From the NCBI RefSeq assembly GCF_006345805.1, contig NC_043000.1, forward strand, positions 131,068,001 through 131,132,000: a stretch of DNA of 64,000 nucleotides. The letters run 5' to 3'. Within the stretch, counting starts at the first letter, position 1; every line of letters begins with the position of its first letter. The position numbers were made by a program, and so were the translations under genes. This DNA is from Octopus sinensis. Its lineage: Eukaryota. Below are positions 42,946-56,361 of the stretch, one piece after another. The notes under the pieces are model-generated. The model worked only from the letters and a program-made list of their open reading frames with translations, did not search any database and had not been told where the DNA came from.

Positions 42946-42950
<5 letters not shown>
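42770..42950 (+). mobile_element. Solitary Penelope terminal-repeat fragment embedded in (TA)n
   Basis: Similar to the reverse complement of 24680-24900; (TA)n tracts on both sides. Confidence 0.6.
42823..42860 (+). ncRNA. Degenerate copy of the hammerhead-like motif in a solitary Penelope terminal repeat
   Basis: TCTTT-CTGTGGA-T-GAGC-ATAG-GCTA-AAAA-C-GTT-AAGAC; G12 and one stem II pair are lost. Confidence 0.5.
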
Positions 42951-42978
<28 letters not shown>

Positions 42979-42981
<3 letters not shown>

Positions 42982-43208
42982 GGTGGGCCAAAAGTAGGTT
43001 TACAGTTATTCAACTATCTCTTTCACCTTTCACATTTATATATTAACAATTTAGATCTTAATTATAAAAAAATATGAAACCATTGTTCTATGCTAATTTA
43101 GTTAATTGTAAGATAGAAATTTAAATGTAATAAAATGTTTTGAAAGAAATTTATAGTGCCTACGTGATAACTTTAACTGTAAGCCTACTTTTGGATTGGA
43201 CCACTCTA
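42979..43208. mobile_element. Tc1/mariner MITE inside (TA)n
   Basis: CAGGGTGGGCCAAAAGTAGGTTTACAGTT and an imperfect inverted copy AACTGTAAGCCTACTTTTGG...CCACTCTA. Confidence 0.65.
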
Positions 43209-43409
43209 TATATATATATATATAATTAATTAATAATTATTAATTAATAATTTTTAATTTTTAACTTTAAACTTAAATAATTTAAATTTTGAATTTTATA
43301 TTTTATATTTAATATATTTTGTATATTACATTAATTAATTTTTTTTCTATGTTTTGGTTTATTTTTTTCACTGTTTGATTTGCCTAATAGTGGTTTTGTT
43401 TTTAATTTA

Positions 43410-43460
<51 letters not shown>

Positions 43461-43492
43461 CCAGTTGTTAAGGAGGAAGAGGAGGATGGTGA

Positions 43493-43524
<32 letters not shown>

Positions 43525-43591
43525 TTGGTGGTGGTGATGGTGGTATTGGTGGTGGTGGTGGTGGTGGTGATGATGATGATGATGATGAAAT

Positions 43592-43757
43592 AGGCGCAGG
43601 AGTGGCTGTGTGGTAAGTAGCTTGTCTACCAACCACATGGTTCCGGGTTCAGTCCCACTGCATGGCACCTTGGGCAAGTGTCTTCTACTATAGCCTCGGG
43701 CTGACCAAAGTCTTGTGAGTAGATTTGGTAGTCGGAAACTGAAAGAAGCCCGTCGTA

Positions 43758-43795
<38 letters not shown>

Positions 43796-44018
43796 TGTGT
43801 GTGTTTGTGTGTCTGTGTTTGACCCCTAGCATTGCTTGAGAACCGATGCTGGTGTGTTTACGTCCCCGTCACTTAGCGGTTCGCCAAAAGAGACCTATAG
43901 AATAAGTACTGGGCTTACAAAAGAATAAGTCCCGGGGTCGAGCTGCTCGATTAAAGGCGGTGCTCCAGCATGGCCGCAGTCAAATGACTGAAACAAGTAA
44001 AAGAGTAAAAGAGTAAGA
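43592..44018 (+). mobile_element. Full-length SINE family A (tRNA-derived head + internal (TA)n(TG)n + tail ending (AAAAGAGT)n)
   Basis: Head GGCGCAGGAGTGGCTGTGTGG..GGTTCAGTCCC (A/B-box like). Other approximate copies: 3136-3303+, 3695-3945-, 6666-6965+, 16285-16445+, 20112-20537+, 28071-28245+, 31483-31607+, 35960-36290+. Confidence 0.85.
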
Positions 44019-44059
<41 letters not shown>

Positions 44060-44804
44060 TGATTTTGATTTTTCCAGTTTCAGCTAATGAGCTGTGGCCA
44101 TGCTGGGGCACCGCCATATATATATATATATATATATAATAATAATAATATAGCAACACACATATATATATATATAATATGTTGTATCTCTATATTAATG
44201 AATACATGTGTGTATGAATGTATGACGTATTTGTTAATTAATTTACTTATGTATCTCCCTATTTGTCTGCTTGTTTGCTCTGCCACTGTTAAGATGAGCA
44301 CAACACGCCAGGTTCACATGAAGAACTCATGTTACGTCTGTGAGAAAAAACAGTCAGGTGCACTTCTATTGGTGAGGTCGAGCTTCATGTGCTTGTGTAT
44401 GCGTGTGTGTGTTCATGTGTGTGTGTGTGTGTGTGCACATGTCTGCATGTGTGTGTGTGTATTTGTGTACGTGCACATATGCACTTGAGTGTATATGAGT
44501 ACGTTTGTGCATCTGTGTGTGTGTGATTGTGTGTGCATGTATGTGCATGTGTGATGCCATATATTCACGATGTGAAATGAATTGTGGTCGAAGCATGTTG
44601 AGTAGGATTTTGTTTGTAAATAAAGAATTATGGCTGCAAAACCAATGTGTGTGTGTGTGTGTGTGGGAGGTGACTACTGTATGAGAATTGGTGGTGGGGG
44701 TGGGGGTGGGGGTTCAGTGGTGAAGCTGGCAGCAGCAGCAGAGGTGGCAACAGCAGTGGAGGTAGCAGTGTTATTGTTGGTGGTAGCAGTGCTGTTGAAG
44801 GCAG

Positions 44805-45017
44805 TTGTTAAGGGGGAGGAGGAGGAGGAGGAGGATGGTGGTGGTGGTGGTGGTGGTGGTGGTGGTGGTGGTGGTGATGATGATGATGATGATGATGATG
44901 ATTATGGTGATGATGATGATGATGATGATGATGATGGTGGTGGTGTGGTGGTGGTGGTGGTGGTGGTGGTGGTGGTGGTGGTGGTGGTGGTGGTGGTGAT
45001 GATGATGATGATGATGA
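44805..45017. repeat. (GGA)(GGT)n(GAT)n triplet compound repeat (related tract 43470-43588)
   Basis: Direct. Confidence 0.9.
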
Positions 45018-45331
45018 AATACCTTCATTGTGTTATCAATGAATATACCAAAATAATGTAATCTGCAGCTGTAAGCAACCACAGAAGAGCAAAATTGACT
45101 TAGATTTCAAGAAAATAATAAATTTCAAATTTTAAATGTTTAAAAAAAAATGTTTACCTCAGCATATTTTAAAATTAAGGATGTGATACCAATATCCTTA
45201 ACTTCATACGTCATCCTAAATTGAATGTGTGAGGGTGATGCAGTTGATGTTTAATTTGCAAGTCAATGGAGATCAATATATATATATATTTGTATAAATG
45301 AATAAAATAAGAAAATAAATAACTATAATCT

Positions 45332-45695
45332 CTTTTACTCTTTTACTTGTTTCAGTCATTTGACTACAGCCATGCTGGAGCACCGCCTTTGGTCGAGCAA
45401 ATCGATCCCTGGACTTATTCTTTGTAAGCCTAGTACTTATTCTATCGGTCTCTTTTGCCGAACTGCTAAGTTACAGGACGTAAACACACCAGCATCGGTT
45501 GTCAAGCGATGTTGGGAAGGGGGGCAAACACAGACACACAAACATATACGCATACACATACATATATATATATACATATATACGACGGGCTTCTGTCAGT
45601 TTCCATCTACCAAATCCACTCACAAGGCTTTGGTCAGCCCGAGACTATAATAAAAGACACTTGTGGTTCGTAAGCAAGCTACTTACCACACAGCC
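45332..45695 (-). mobile_element. SINE family A
   Basis: Reverse-complement copy with a deletion in the head. Confidence 0.75.
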
Positions 45696-46367
45696 ACTGA
45701 TAATGGTAAATAAATAAATATATTTAAAAGAAATTATATGAATATCAATAAGATACAATTTTATGGCCCTTTAATGATAATTTCCGTTTCTCACTAAATA
45801 AAGGATGCCATATTTTTATTAATGTTGGTGTGTGTATGTGTGTCTCTGTGTACATGTGCCACTATTTGTGTATGTGTACACATGTACATGTCTTTCAGGC
45901 ATGTGGACACAAGCAAACATTCAGATTACCTTTCATGTCAGGTAGCTAACACAGATATATACCAATATCATGTCAGCCAGTACCAGCACCAACAATACCA
46001 CCCCTAACACCCCCACCACACATACACACAACCAACAACAATACCACCACTACCAACCCACCATTCTTACTATATTTCATACCATTGTCTTCATACGCTA
46101 TTACAGACAAAACACAAACAACAGATGGTATAGATCACACACACACACACAAAATATATTTATAGGAATCTTCAGTAATGTCTTTCTAATTTCAGGTTTT
46201 CTGAGAGGGATGGTGGGGGGGGTGACTATGTATGTGTGTAGTACATGGATTTATGTGTACACATCCACTTCTGAGGGTGGATGTGTATATGTGTGTGAGA
46301 GAATAAATAGTATATAGATGGATGAATGAATATATATATATATATGTAATGTTTGCATGTGGAATAA

Positions 46368-46466
<99 letters not shown>

Positions 46467-46469
46467 TGT

Positions 46470-47254
46470 GTGTGTACACGTACATGCATATGTGTGTGTA
46501 TATATATGAATTTTATGCGTAATGATATAAAAAAAACCAAGGCTGTGTAGATATTAGAGCATTATAGATAGAATGCTCTAATATCTATACAGCCTTGGTT
46601 TTTATCTCATTACGCATAAAATTCATATTTACACACGCTGACATAGAACCAACGTTGAACCCCTTATTCGCAATATTACCGAATCTGGAACTTAACTATG
46701 GTCTGTCTATAGCACTTATTCAGCATTACCTGACACCTTTGGGTCTCAATGACACCATTATCTCTTATATATATATATACAAGATTAACAGAATGAGATA
46801 TAAATCCAAGGCTGTGAAAGATTTTAGAACATTTATAAAGAGAAGGTCTTACAGCTGTTTCCGGGATATTTTATATATCCCTTCATGGGATATTTTATAT
46901 ATTCCTTCATCAGAGACGGTGCGAGAAGATGGTTAAGCAATAGTTATTCTAGAGAAGATATGAAATAGAGAGTGAAGTGGAGGAATGAAAACAAATGTGA
47001 GATATGCGGGGATATTGTATCTGCAGTTCCATTATTTAAGCAGAATGGTATACATATAAGTTTCCTGTACGTTGTGTGTAAGTTTCAATAGTATTTAAAA
47101 TTGGTCATTCCAAGCATAGAGTTTGTACACGGTGTTAGTGGATCGAGGATCCAATAACACCATGTACAAACTCTATCCACATTACAACTATCACACAATA
47201 TCAAGACAATGTAACACAAACATGCACGCACTTACATGTATGTATGTGTGTGTG

Positions 47255-47326
<72 letters not shown>

Positions 47327-47440
47327 GACAGAGAAGGAGGAGTGAGGGGGATGGATGGATGGATGGATGGATGGATGGATGGATGGATTGATGGATAGAT
47401 AGATAGATAATAGATAGATAGATAAATAGATTGATAGATT

Positions 47441-47529
<89 letters not shown>

Positions 47530-47574
47530 CGATAGATAGATAGAATTTAAATATAGATATATATTATATAAGTG

Positions 47575-47605
<31 letters not shown>

Positions 47606-48410
47606 TGTATGTGTGTGTGTGTGTGTGTGTACACATACATGCATATGTGTGTGTATATATATGAATTTTATGCGTAATGATATAAAAAAAACCAAGGCTG
47701 TGTAGATATTAGAGCATTTATAGATAGAATGCTCTAATATCTATACAGCCTTGGGTTTTTATCTCATTACGCATAAAATTCATATTTACACACGCTGACA
47801 TAGAACCAACGTTGAACCCCTTATTCGCAATATTACCGAATCTGGAACTTAACTATGGTCTGTCTATAGCACTTATTCAGCATTACCTGACACCTTTGGG
47901 TCTCAATGACACCATTATCTCTTATATACATATATACAAGATTAACAGAATGAGATATAAATCCAAGGCTGTGAAAGATTTTAGAACATTTATAAAGAGA
48001 AGGTCTTACAGCTGTTTCCGGGATATTTTATATATCCCTTCATGGGATATTTTATATATTCCTTCATCAGAGACGGTGCGAGAAGATGGTTAAGCAATAG
48101 TTATTCTAGAGAAGATATGAAATAGAGAGTGAAGTGGAGGAATGAAAACAAATGTGAGATATGCGGGGATATTGTATCTGCAGTTCCATTATTTAAGCAG
48201 AATGGTATACATATAAGTTTCCTGTACGTTGTGTGTAAGTTTCAATAGTATTTAAAATTGGTCATTCCAAGCATAGAGTTTGTACACGGTGTTAGTGGAT
48301 CGAGGATCCAATAACACCATGTACAAACTCTATCCACATTTACAACTATCACACAATATCAAGACAATGTAACACAAACATGCACGCACTTACATGTATG
48401 TATGTGTGTG

Positions 48411-48480
<70 letters not shown>

Positions 48481-48559
48481 GACAGAGAAGGAGGAGTGAG
48501 GGGGATGGATGGATGGATGGATGGATGGATGGATGGATTGATGGATAGATAGATAGATA

Positions 48560-48625
<66 letters not shown>

Positions 48626-48705
48626 GGATAGATAGATAGATAAATAGATCGATAGATAGATAGAATTTAAATATAGATATATATTATATAAGTGTGTGTG
48701 TGTGT
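46470..48705 (+). repeat. ~1.15-kb tandem duplication
   Basis: GAATTTTATGCG at 46508 and 47663; near-identical ORFs 46595-46936 and 47812-48093. Confidence 0.95.
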
Positions 48706-48714
48706 ATACCAAAA

Positions 48715-49840
48715 ATGGGCTTATGTCAACACTTGTGGTCTACGTCTACAGATGTGAATGTGCCAACACATTTGGTGTTTTGTGTTCAAGCTTCAGCATT
48801 CGACAGCCCATTGGTGGGTAACTGTTGCTTGACCCCAAGTCAGCCGTAGTCTACACATTCAGCTATATGTCAGCTCATGCGGGTCTATGTTGACGCTTGT
48901 AGGTCTATGCCAACATACATTGTTAAGTCAACCCATGTGGATCCATGTCAATATTTGTAGGTATATATCAATGCCAACATATGTGAATCAATGCCAACAT
49001 GTGGGTTAATGCCATCATGTGTAGGTTTATGCTACCACATGTGGGCTTGTGTAAGTCTATATCATCTGAGACAAACTATGTGGCTCAATGTCAACATATT
49101 TATGTCTGTGCTAATACATGCAGGTGCTTGTCAATACATGTGGGTTTATGTCAACACACATGAATCTATATCAAGAGATGTGAGTTTATGACAACGCTTG
49201 TGTGTCTGCTCCAACAGATGTTCATCTATGCAAACATATACTCTTTTACTTGTTTCAGTCATTTGACTACAGTCATGCTGGAGCACCACCTTTAGTCAAG
49301 CAAATCGATCCCAGAACTTATTCTTTGTAAGCCTAGTACTTATTCTATCGGTCTCTTTTGCCGAACCGCTAAGTTACGGGGACGTAAACACACCAGCATC
49401 GGTTGTCAAGCGATGTTGGGGGGACAAACATAGGCACACAAACACACACACACATACACACACACATACACATATATATACAATAGGCTTCTTTCAGTTT
49501 CTGTCTACCAAATCCACTCACAAGGCTTTGGTCAGCCCAAGGCTATTGTAGAAGACACTTGCCCAAGGTGCCAGGCAGTGGGACTGAACCTGGACCATGA
49601 GGTTGGTAAGCAAGCTACTTACCACACGGCCACTCCTACGCCTGTAGCACAATATTAATGCATATGAGGCTATATCAACATATGAGGGTCTATATCAATA
49701 TATACAGGTTTGTGTCAGTCCATGTGGGTCTATGCCAACACATTTTAGTCTATGTCTATACATTTAGATCTATATCAACCCATGTGAATTCATATTAAAA
49801 CATGTTGATTTCTGCCAACAGATGTGGATTTTTGCCAGCC
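48715..49840 (+). repeat. Degenerate ~20-bp minisatellite (approx. ATGTGGGTCTATGYCAACAC)
   Basis: Recurrent variants at ~20-nt spacing on both sides of the SINE at 49240-49643. Confidence 0.6.
49240..49643 (-). mobile_element. SINE family A inside a minisatellite
   Basis: Reverse-complement copy. Confidence 0.8.
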
Positions 49841-50097
49841 TTTAATATAGTAACTCTGTAAAAGTTTTCTATCATTAATGCCATGTCATGCTATTCTGGT
49901 GAACTCTTCTAATCCATGCCAAAATACTGGAAACTCTGTTTTACAGACTCTGAGAAGAATCTCCTGAAACATATGTGTCTGTCTCAACACTTCCCACTCA
50001 TAAAACAGTGTGTCCCAAACCTTATCATTCAATTACCTGGTCTTCATAATTTCCTTCTGCTTGTAGCTGGAATCAAGCAAGATCCTACTATTTATGT

Positions 50098-50480
50098 GTG
50101 GAGGCGCAATGGCCCAGTGGTTAGGGCAGCGGACTTGCAGTCTTAGGATTACGGTTTCAATTCCCAGACCGGGCATTGTGAGTGTTTATTGAGCAAAAAC
50201 ACCTAAAGCTCCACGACGCTCCAACAGGCAGGGGTGAACCCTGCTGTACTCTTTCATCACAACTTTCCCTCACTCTTTCTTCCTGTTTCTGTTGTACCTG
50301 TATTTCAAAGAGCCAGCCTTGTCACATTCTGTGTCACGCTGAATCTCCCTGAGAACTACGTTAAGGGTACACATGTCTGTGGAGTGCTCAGCCATTTGCA
50401 CATTAATTTCACGAGCAGGCTGTTTCATTGATCGGATCAACCGGAACACTCGTCGTCATAACCAACAGAGTGCCAACACA
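50098..50480 (+). mobile_element. SINE family C, tail type 2
   Basis: Same head as 7832-8145 with a different 3' half; TSD CTATTTATGT at 50088-50097 and 50481-50490. Confidence 0.85.
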
Positions 50481-51052
50481 CTATTTATGTAAGCGATTTT
50501 GGGATCTCACTGTCCTAGACTTGCTAGTTTATTCAAGACGATTTCAGAATAAACACAGCATGATAATCCAGGTGATAAACAAATTTTCAATTCCTCTAAT
50601 TTTGTATCTGATAATGGGTGTGACACTAATCATAATCTTATCCCTGTATGAGATTCCACATATGGCTCACAAATATTGTTTTGGAAGCTTTCAAGTACTT
50701 TATTATTAGTGTTTTGTGTTCAAACTTCAACACTCTACAACCCATTGGTGGGTGGTTGTTATTTAACTTCAAGTTACCCACAATCAAACACACCTATGAT
50801 AAAAAGCATTCTGTGCCCTTCCAACTTTTTAGAGTATCTAGGACTACATTCTTTTACTCAATGGTTGAGAATGATTAAATGGAAATTTGGTTGCTATATC
50901 TAGTAGCCAAGCAACTGCATAGACTGTCTCCTCATTGGCTTACCTAAAGGGCAACTGTTACTATCTTTTAGATATCTATCTTAGTATTTAATGTCACATC
51001 AAGTTTGTTCCTGTATCAATGACAGACTGCCATATGCAAAAATGTCCTTTAA

Positions 51053-51258
51053 CCCTTTCATTACTGTATTTATTTTGAGATGCTCTGTGTTTCTTTCAAT
51101 TACTTTAAATATAACAAAGAAATTAGTAAAATAATTTAGTTATCATTCAACTTGTGTTAGGAACATAAATTTTGACTAAGGTTTGGTGGAAGATTTTAAT
51201 TCAAAACTTATGAAAACAAGACATTTGAACTATAGAGCCAGAGCCGGTAATGAAAGGG
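51053..51258. mobile_element. piggyBac-type MITE
   Basis: TTAA|CCCTTTCATTAC...GTAATGAAAGGG|TTAA: 12-bp perfect TIR with TTAA TSD. Confidence 0.85.
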
Positions 51259-51819
51259 TTAATTATTCATGATGATATCCCATTTCCAAAAGTAGTGGTG
51301 CTGATGTTTATGACAGATTTAATAGAAGGGAGTGGATTTCAATGGCAACTCACATGCTGAAGCTAATCTGGCTAGGATTGTCTCCACATTTGGCTTACAG
51401 ATTTCTACCAAATGTCTTTTAGAGCAGAAAGTTCCAGTAAGTTTATTCAGCATGCATAGCATCTGATACTAGATAAGAGAACAATACTTAATGTCCAGTT
51501 GCCAACATTGCATCATATACATGGCCAGGACACTTAACTCTCAAGCAAGTCCTTCTGTAAGAACCCTGAAACCAAATGGGTTATGGAACTCATCAGTACA
51601 AACTGATAGACATATCCTTTATATCAGTGCTACTGAAAATGATGGTCTGTGGACTGGTGCCAATCTGCGAGCCATCAGCTGCTAGTACATGGCAAGTTTC
51701 CAGAAAAGAAAGAAACATTACAAAATGCTTATAAAATGCTTAAGTAATTTTGTGTTATTTGTTTACAGAATATATATAAGATTTAAAAATTGTCAACTTT
51801 TATTTTTTTTTATGTGTCC

Positions 51820-52051
51820 TTTTAAAGCCTAGCTAGGTTCATGGGCCCGGTTTCTATAGCGTATTGTTCCCCAGCTGGATGGGATGCCAGTCCATCGCAA
51901 CGTTACTCATTTTTGCCAGCTGAGTGGACTGGAGCAACGTGAAATGAAGTGTTTTGCTCAAGAACACAATGCGTTGCCTGGTCCAGGAATCGAAACCACA
52001 ATCTAACGATCATGATGCTGATACCCTAACCACTAAGCCACGTGCCTCCAC
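51820..52051 (-). mobile_element. Further tRNA-derived SINE
   Basis: Head GTGGAGGCACGTGGCTTAGTGGTTAG..GGTTTCGATTCC; body TGTGTTCTTGAGCAAAACACTT. Confidence 0.6.
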
Positions 52052-53589
52052 TCAACTTTTATTATATTCTTTATATATATTGTTTCCAGTATAAATTAAT
52101 ATTATTAAGAAATATCACCAGTCCCTGGCACATTGGGAAAAAAAATCTGCCAGTAAGCCACATAAGATAGTTTGAGAAGCACTGCCTTATATCATGACTT
52201 GATCTGTAGGTACTCAGATTCTCTATGTAGACAAGAATGTCCATCAACTGGATATTGATTAATTATTCTGTCAATACAATGGTTTAAGCAAAGATCTTAA
52301 CAATTAAAGAGAGATGAGAAATACTTTCGTGTTTGTCACAATCTGATCTTTTTCCATTGTCCTTGTTGTGGTGCACAGCAGAAACATCATTTAACTGACA
52401 GAGAATAAAACTAGATGACCATAATGCATTAAACATCAACCTGCAGCTTCTTTCTAACCAGACTGCTCTCTCTTCTGGGACACTTCCATTCCACTGGTAA
52501 ACAATGGAGAGTAATGACATTGTTGTATACTAGCACTGCCAACAAGTTCAACCACTTTCACTATTATCATCACCAACCACCACCATCAGCATCACAACCA
52601 ACCACCATCACAACGACCACCATCACAACCACCACCATCTTCACAACTTCAACTACCATCATCACCACCACTACTACCACAACTCATCCCACCCAACCTC
52701 ACCACCATCGCCACAACCATCATACAATCCCCCTTCTCTCTCTCTCTCTCTCTGTTATAGTATATGTGAATATATGTACCTCTGTGTGTGTGTGTGTGTG
52801 TGTTTTATGAATCTATGTGAAAAAGTGGTCTTCACCATCAATGGAGCAGACATGTCCTCAAATGTGTTCCAGCTTTGATCATCTCATCTGTGTTTTTTCT
52901 AAATCAAAGACTACTTTGCTTCATTTGTTCAATGCCTTTCTAAATTTAAGATTATCAGGTGCAATTTAAGGGCAGATTAGGTTACTATTTCTAGCAGGTT
53001 AAGTGGCCATATTGAGGCTCCCTCAGATGTACTCTTGACTTTATCAGAAGTACTTGATAAAGCCAATAGTACTTCTGAGGGAAATGGTCTATTAGTGAGG
53101 ACTAGCTTTACTTAGTAAGTTGCCCTGTGTCACATAATCTATTAAGTAGGTCACATAATTATCATGGGTCTTAATTAGTTTGTAAGAATTTTCAGAGTAG
53201 GGGAAGTAGAGGTTTGGAGAGAGAATGAGGGTTTGAACCAATGATGAATTTTTATGGAAAGTAGATTAAAGTTATATTTTGCAAAGTGGGTGCTAGAGTA
53301 CTTATAGTAATAAACCAAAAAATGTTGGTTGATTAATATTACATTCATTAATAGATGCATCTGTGGCATGTGTGGTAACTAGATTGTTTTCCAACCACTT
53401 GGTTCTGGGTTCAGTCCCACTACAGTATAATTAGTTAGTAGCATTATACTCAAGTATAAAGAAAAGATATTGGTGGAGGTAGAAAAAGAGGGGTCAGATT
53501 GTATTCATCATCATCATCATGACTGGATTGTATTCTTTCACAGTCACTGCACTTCCATCATATTAGTTGCCCACATTTCATAGTTATAA

Positions 53590-54080
53590 AGTGGGGAATT
53601 CACAAAAAAAACGAAAGACGAAGACAGGTGGTGTTGACAACAAACAGATGTATTAGTTTAATGCTCAGGGAGTGAAAAAGTCTTTAACGTTTCAAGCTTA
53701 TGTTCTTCCACAGAAAGGAACACAGAAAGAAACAAGGAGAGAAAATAAAGAATGTGTAATGGCTAGCGATCTATCATATTTCTTTATTGCCCACAAGGGG
53801 CTAAACATAGAGGGGACAAACAAGGACAGACAAAGGGATTAAGTCAATTACATCGACTCCAGTGCTCCACTGGTACTTAATTTATTGACCCCGAAAGGAT
53901 GAAAGGCAAAGTTGACCTTGGCAGAATTTGAACTCAGAACGTAATGGCAGATGAAATAATGCTAGGCATTTCGCCTGGCATGCTAACGTTTCTGCCAGCT
54001 CACCACCTTATGGCTAGTGTAATGGCTAGCAATCTATCATGGTGAATGCCGGACAGAGGGGTCACACAGGAGAACAAGGA
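53590..54080 (-). mobile_element. Solitary Penelope terminal-repeat fragment split by a SINE insertion
   Basis: Similar to 24680-24900. The inserted SINE is flanked by a duplicated GTGTAATGGCTAGC(G/A)ATCTATCAT. Confidence 0.55.
53681..53718 (-). ncRNA. Degenerate copy of the hammerhead-like motif in a solitary Penelope terminal repeat
   Basis: CCTTT-CTGTGGA-A-GAAC-ATAA-GCTT-GAAA-C-GTT-AAAGA; stem II has one mismatch. Confidence 0.55.
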
Positions 54081-54471
54081 AGAAGGGGAGATAAACCAAG
54101 CAAAACAATGTACAGGGACCTATAGCATTTATTTATTGAGAGCATCCCACTGCATACATAGATTAGCATTAGACCCACAAGACCTGATAGGTCTCCAGAC
54201 AACTGCCCAGTGTACCCTTACCTGAAGACAATATAGACTGGCATACAATAAACATTTAATCTAATGATACAGAATTTTAATTTAATGTTGCTTCTGCTGA
54301 TGGTAATGATGGTGGCTGCTGTGTAGGGCATCCAGCTGTAGATACTCTGCCAGATCAAGATTGGAGCCTGGTGCAGCTATCTGGTTCGCCAGCTCTCAGT
54401 CAAAATCGTCCAACCCATGCTAGCATGGAAAGCAGATGTTAAACGATGATGATGATGATGATGATGATGAC

Positions 54472-54522
<51 letters not shown>

Positions 54523-55779
54523 GGGTGGTGGTGGTGGTGGTGATTGTGTCTTCCTGATTTCCTCATTTTAAGATGGTAGAGTGCATTTTGAGGGAGACTT
54601 TGTTGCTATTTCTAGCATGTGCAGTGACTGCACAGAGGCTCTTTTATTAGCTCATAAAGGCACAGTTGAGTGGAGAAGATGCAACAGCATCAGTTATTGT
54701 TTTCTATGTGTGTCTTAGGAACATTTGCAGAATGGAAGCTGCTATTGCAGAGGTAGGTGAGGGCAACAGCCAGAAATTGAAAGGTTTTTGACTTTTGATT
54801 TATGAGCTTGTAACCCAACACCTCAACCACACATTCAACATATCCTTCCTTCCTCTGCATAACTCACATTGTTACAGAGAAGCAGCATACTGATACAATG
54901 ACACAATGGTACCGTATGTCTGACGTCATAAATCTATAGTTTACCAACATGTCAATTAGACATTCTACATGTTTCTTCTGTCTATCATTTCTAAGTGGCA
55001 TGAAACAACTATGTTTGTCGGTCACAAGTTCAAAGTTTGCCACAGATATCAAAATCATAAATTTGCTACAGTTTACTCTAAACATATTTCCTGTTTTTTT
55101 TTTTTTAAATGTCTTTGAAAAAGCATGAATGTCACACAATTGTACAATCTTCCCCTTGTTATTTTATTAGGCAAACAACACAGTGTGTCGTGTGCCTAAT
55201 GAAAGAAGCTTTTATTAAACCCTAACTCTTCCTCATATTTGTATACTCAAAAAAACACATCAAGCTGAATTGAACTGAAAAAAATCTATAGAAAATCTAT
55301 AGAAGCACTTGTTTATTCACAGTATTTAGAGAAAGTCAGTGAAAAGCTGAAAAAGAAAGGAAAGGAGAATAAATAAATGAAAGAGCTGAACAAAGAGTGA
55401 AGGAGAAGCTATAGCTTTAAATGTTTACTTTCCTGGCTGAAGTTTTAAACATAACAAACAATCAAACATATTGTTACACTAAACACCTGTCACTTTGGTG
55501 AATGCTGCAGGCGTGAAACTTGTTAGTGCAGAAAATTCAATTTGTTATTTGCAGTGTAGGAGGAGAAGCGATCTGATTGAGGGAATAGGAATAAACGGTT
55601 CTAGTCTTTCAGTTTTGCATGCCTTAGTTCTAATGTCCTGTTGAAATACTACTGAATATTTCACATTGTACTAAAGGCTACTGTCAGTCTCCCAGGCACC
55701 TATTGACTGACCTTGGTCAAATTTATAAACATTTCGTTGGCAACTTTTAAGAAAATAGGAAATAATAAGAAAAAAAAGG

Positions 55780-55840
55780 TGGAGGTGACAATCGGGTTGC
55801 GGATCCGTGGAATAAGCTGCCGGACGAGCTACCTGTACAT
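55780..55840 (+). mobile_element. Short CR1-like LINE C-terminal remnant
   Basis: Encodes DNRVADPWNKLPDE, like the CR1 'NRVVxxWNxLP' motif. Confidence 0.4.
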
Positions 55841-55932
55841 AACTTCATGTCCCCCTACATGGCCTTGCTTTTTGCTTTTTGAGCCAAAAAATTAACTTAA
55901 CTTAACACACACACACACACTTACACACACAC

Positions 55933-55992
<60 letters not shown>

Positions 55993-56160
55993 CACACACA
56001 CACACACACACATACATACGCTCATCCATACATACATAAGGCTAACTGGGAAGATAATTTTTGTATGTGGCAGATGATCAGGAGCAATAAACACTGAAAA
56101 TGTACAGAGAACAACTTCCGCCACATTACAGGGATAAAAACTAGTAGTTGATAGTTTCCG

Positions 56161-56361
56161 TTACCTAGGTGACCAAGTCAGTAGCAAGGAGGAGTGCGCT
56201 GAAAGTGTAGCTGCTAGAATAAGATTAGCCTGGGCAAAGTTCAGAGAGCTCTTACCTCTACTGGTGACAAAGGGCCTCTTGCTCAGAGTAAAAGGTAGAC
56301 TGTATGATGCATGTGTATGAACAGCCATGCTACATGGCAGGGAAACATGGGCCGTGACCAC
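56161..56361 (+). mobile_element. RTE-type LINE RT fragment
   Basis: YLGDQVSS..ARIRLAWAKFRELLPLLVTKGLLLRVKGRLYDACV*TAMLHGRETWAVT. Confidence 0.75.

Noticed and set aside
46595-46936. Duplicated 113/93-aa ORFs as genes
   Set aside because: Non-ATG starts, no domain, and part of the duplicated repeat unit.
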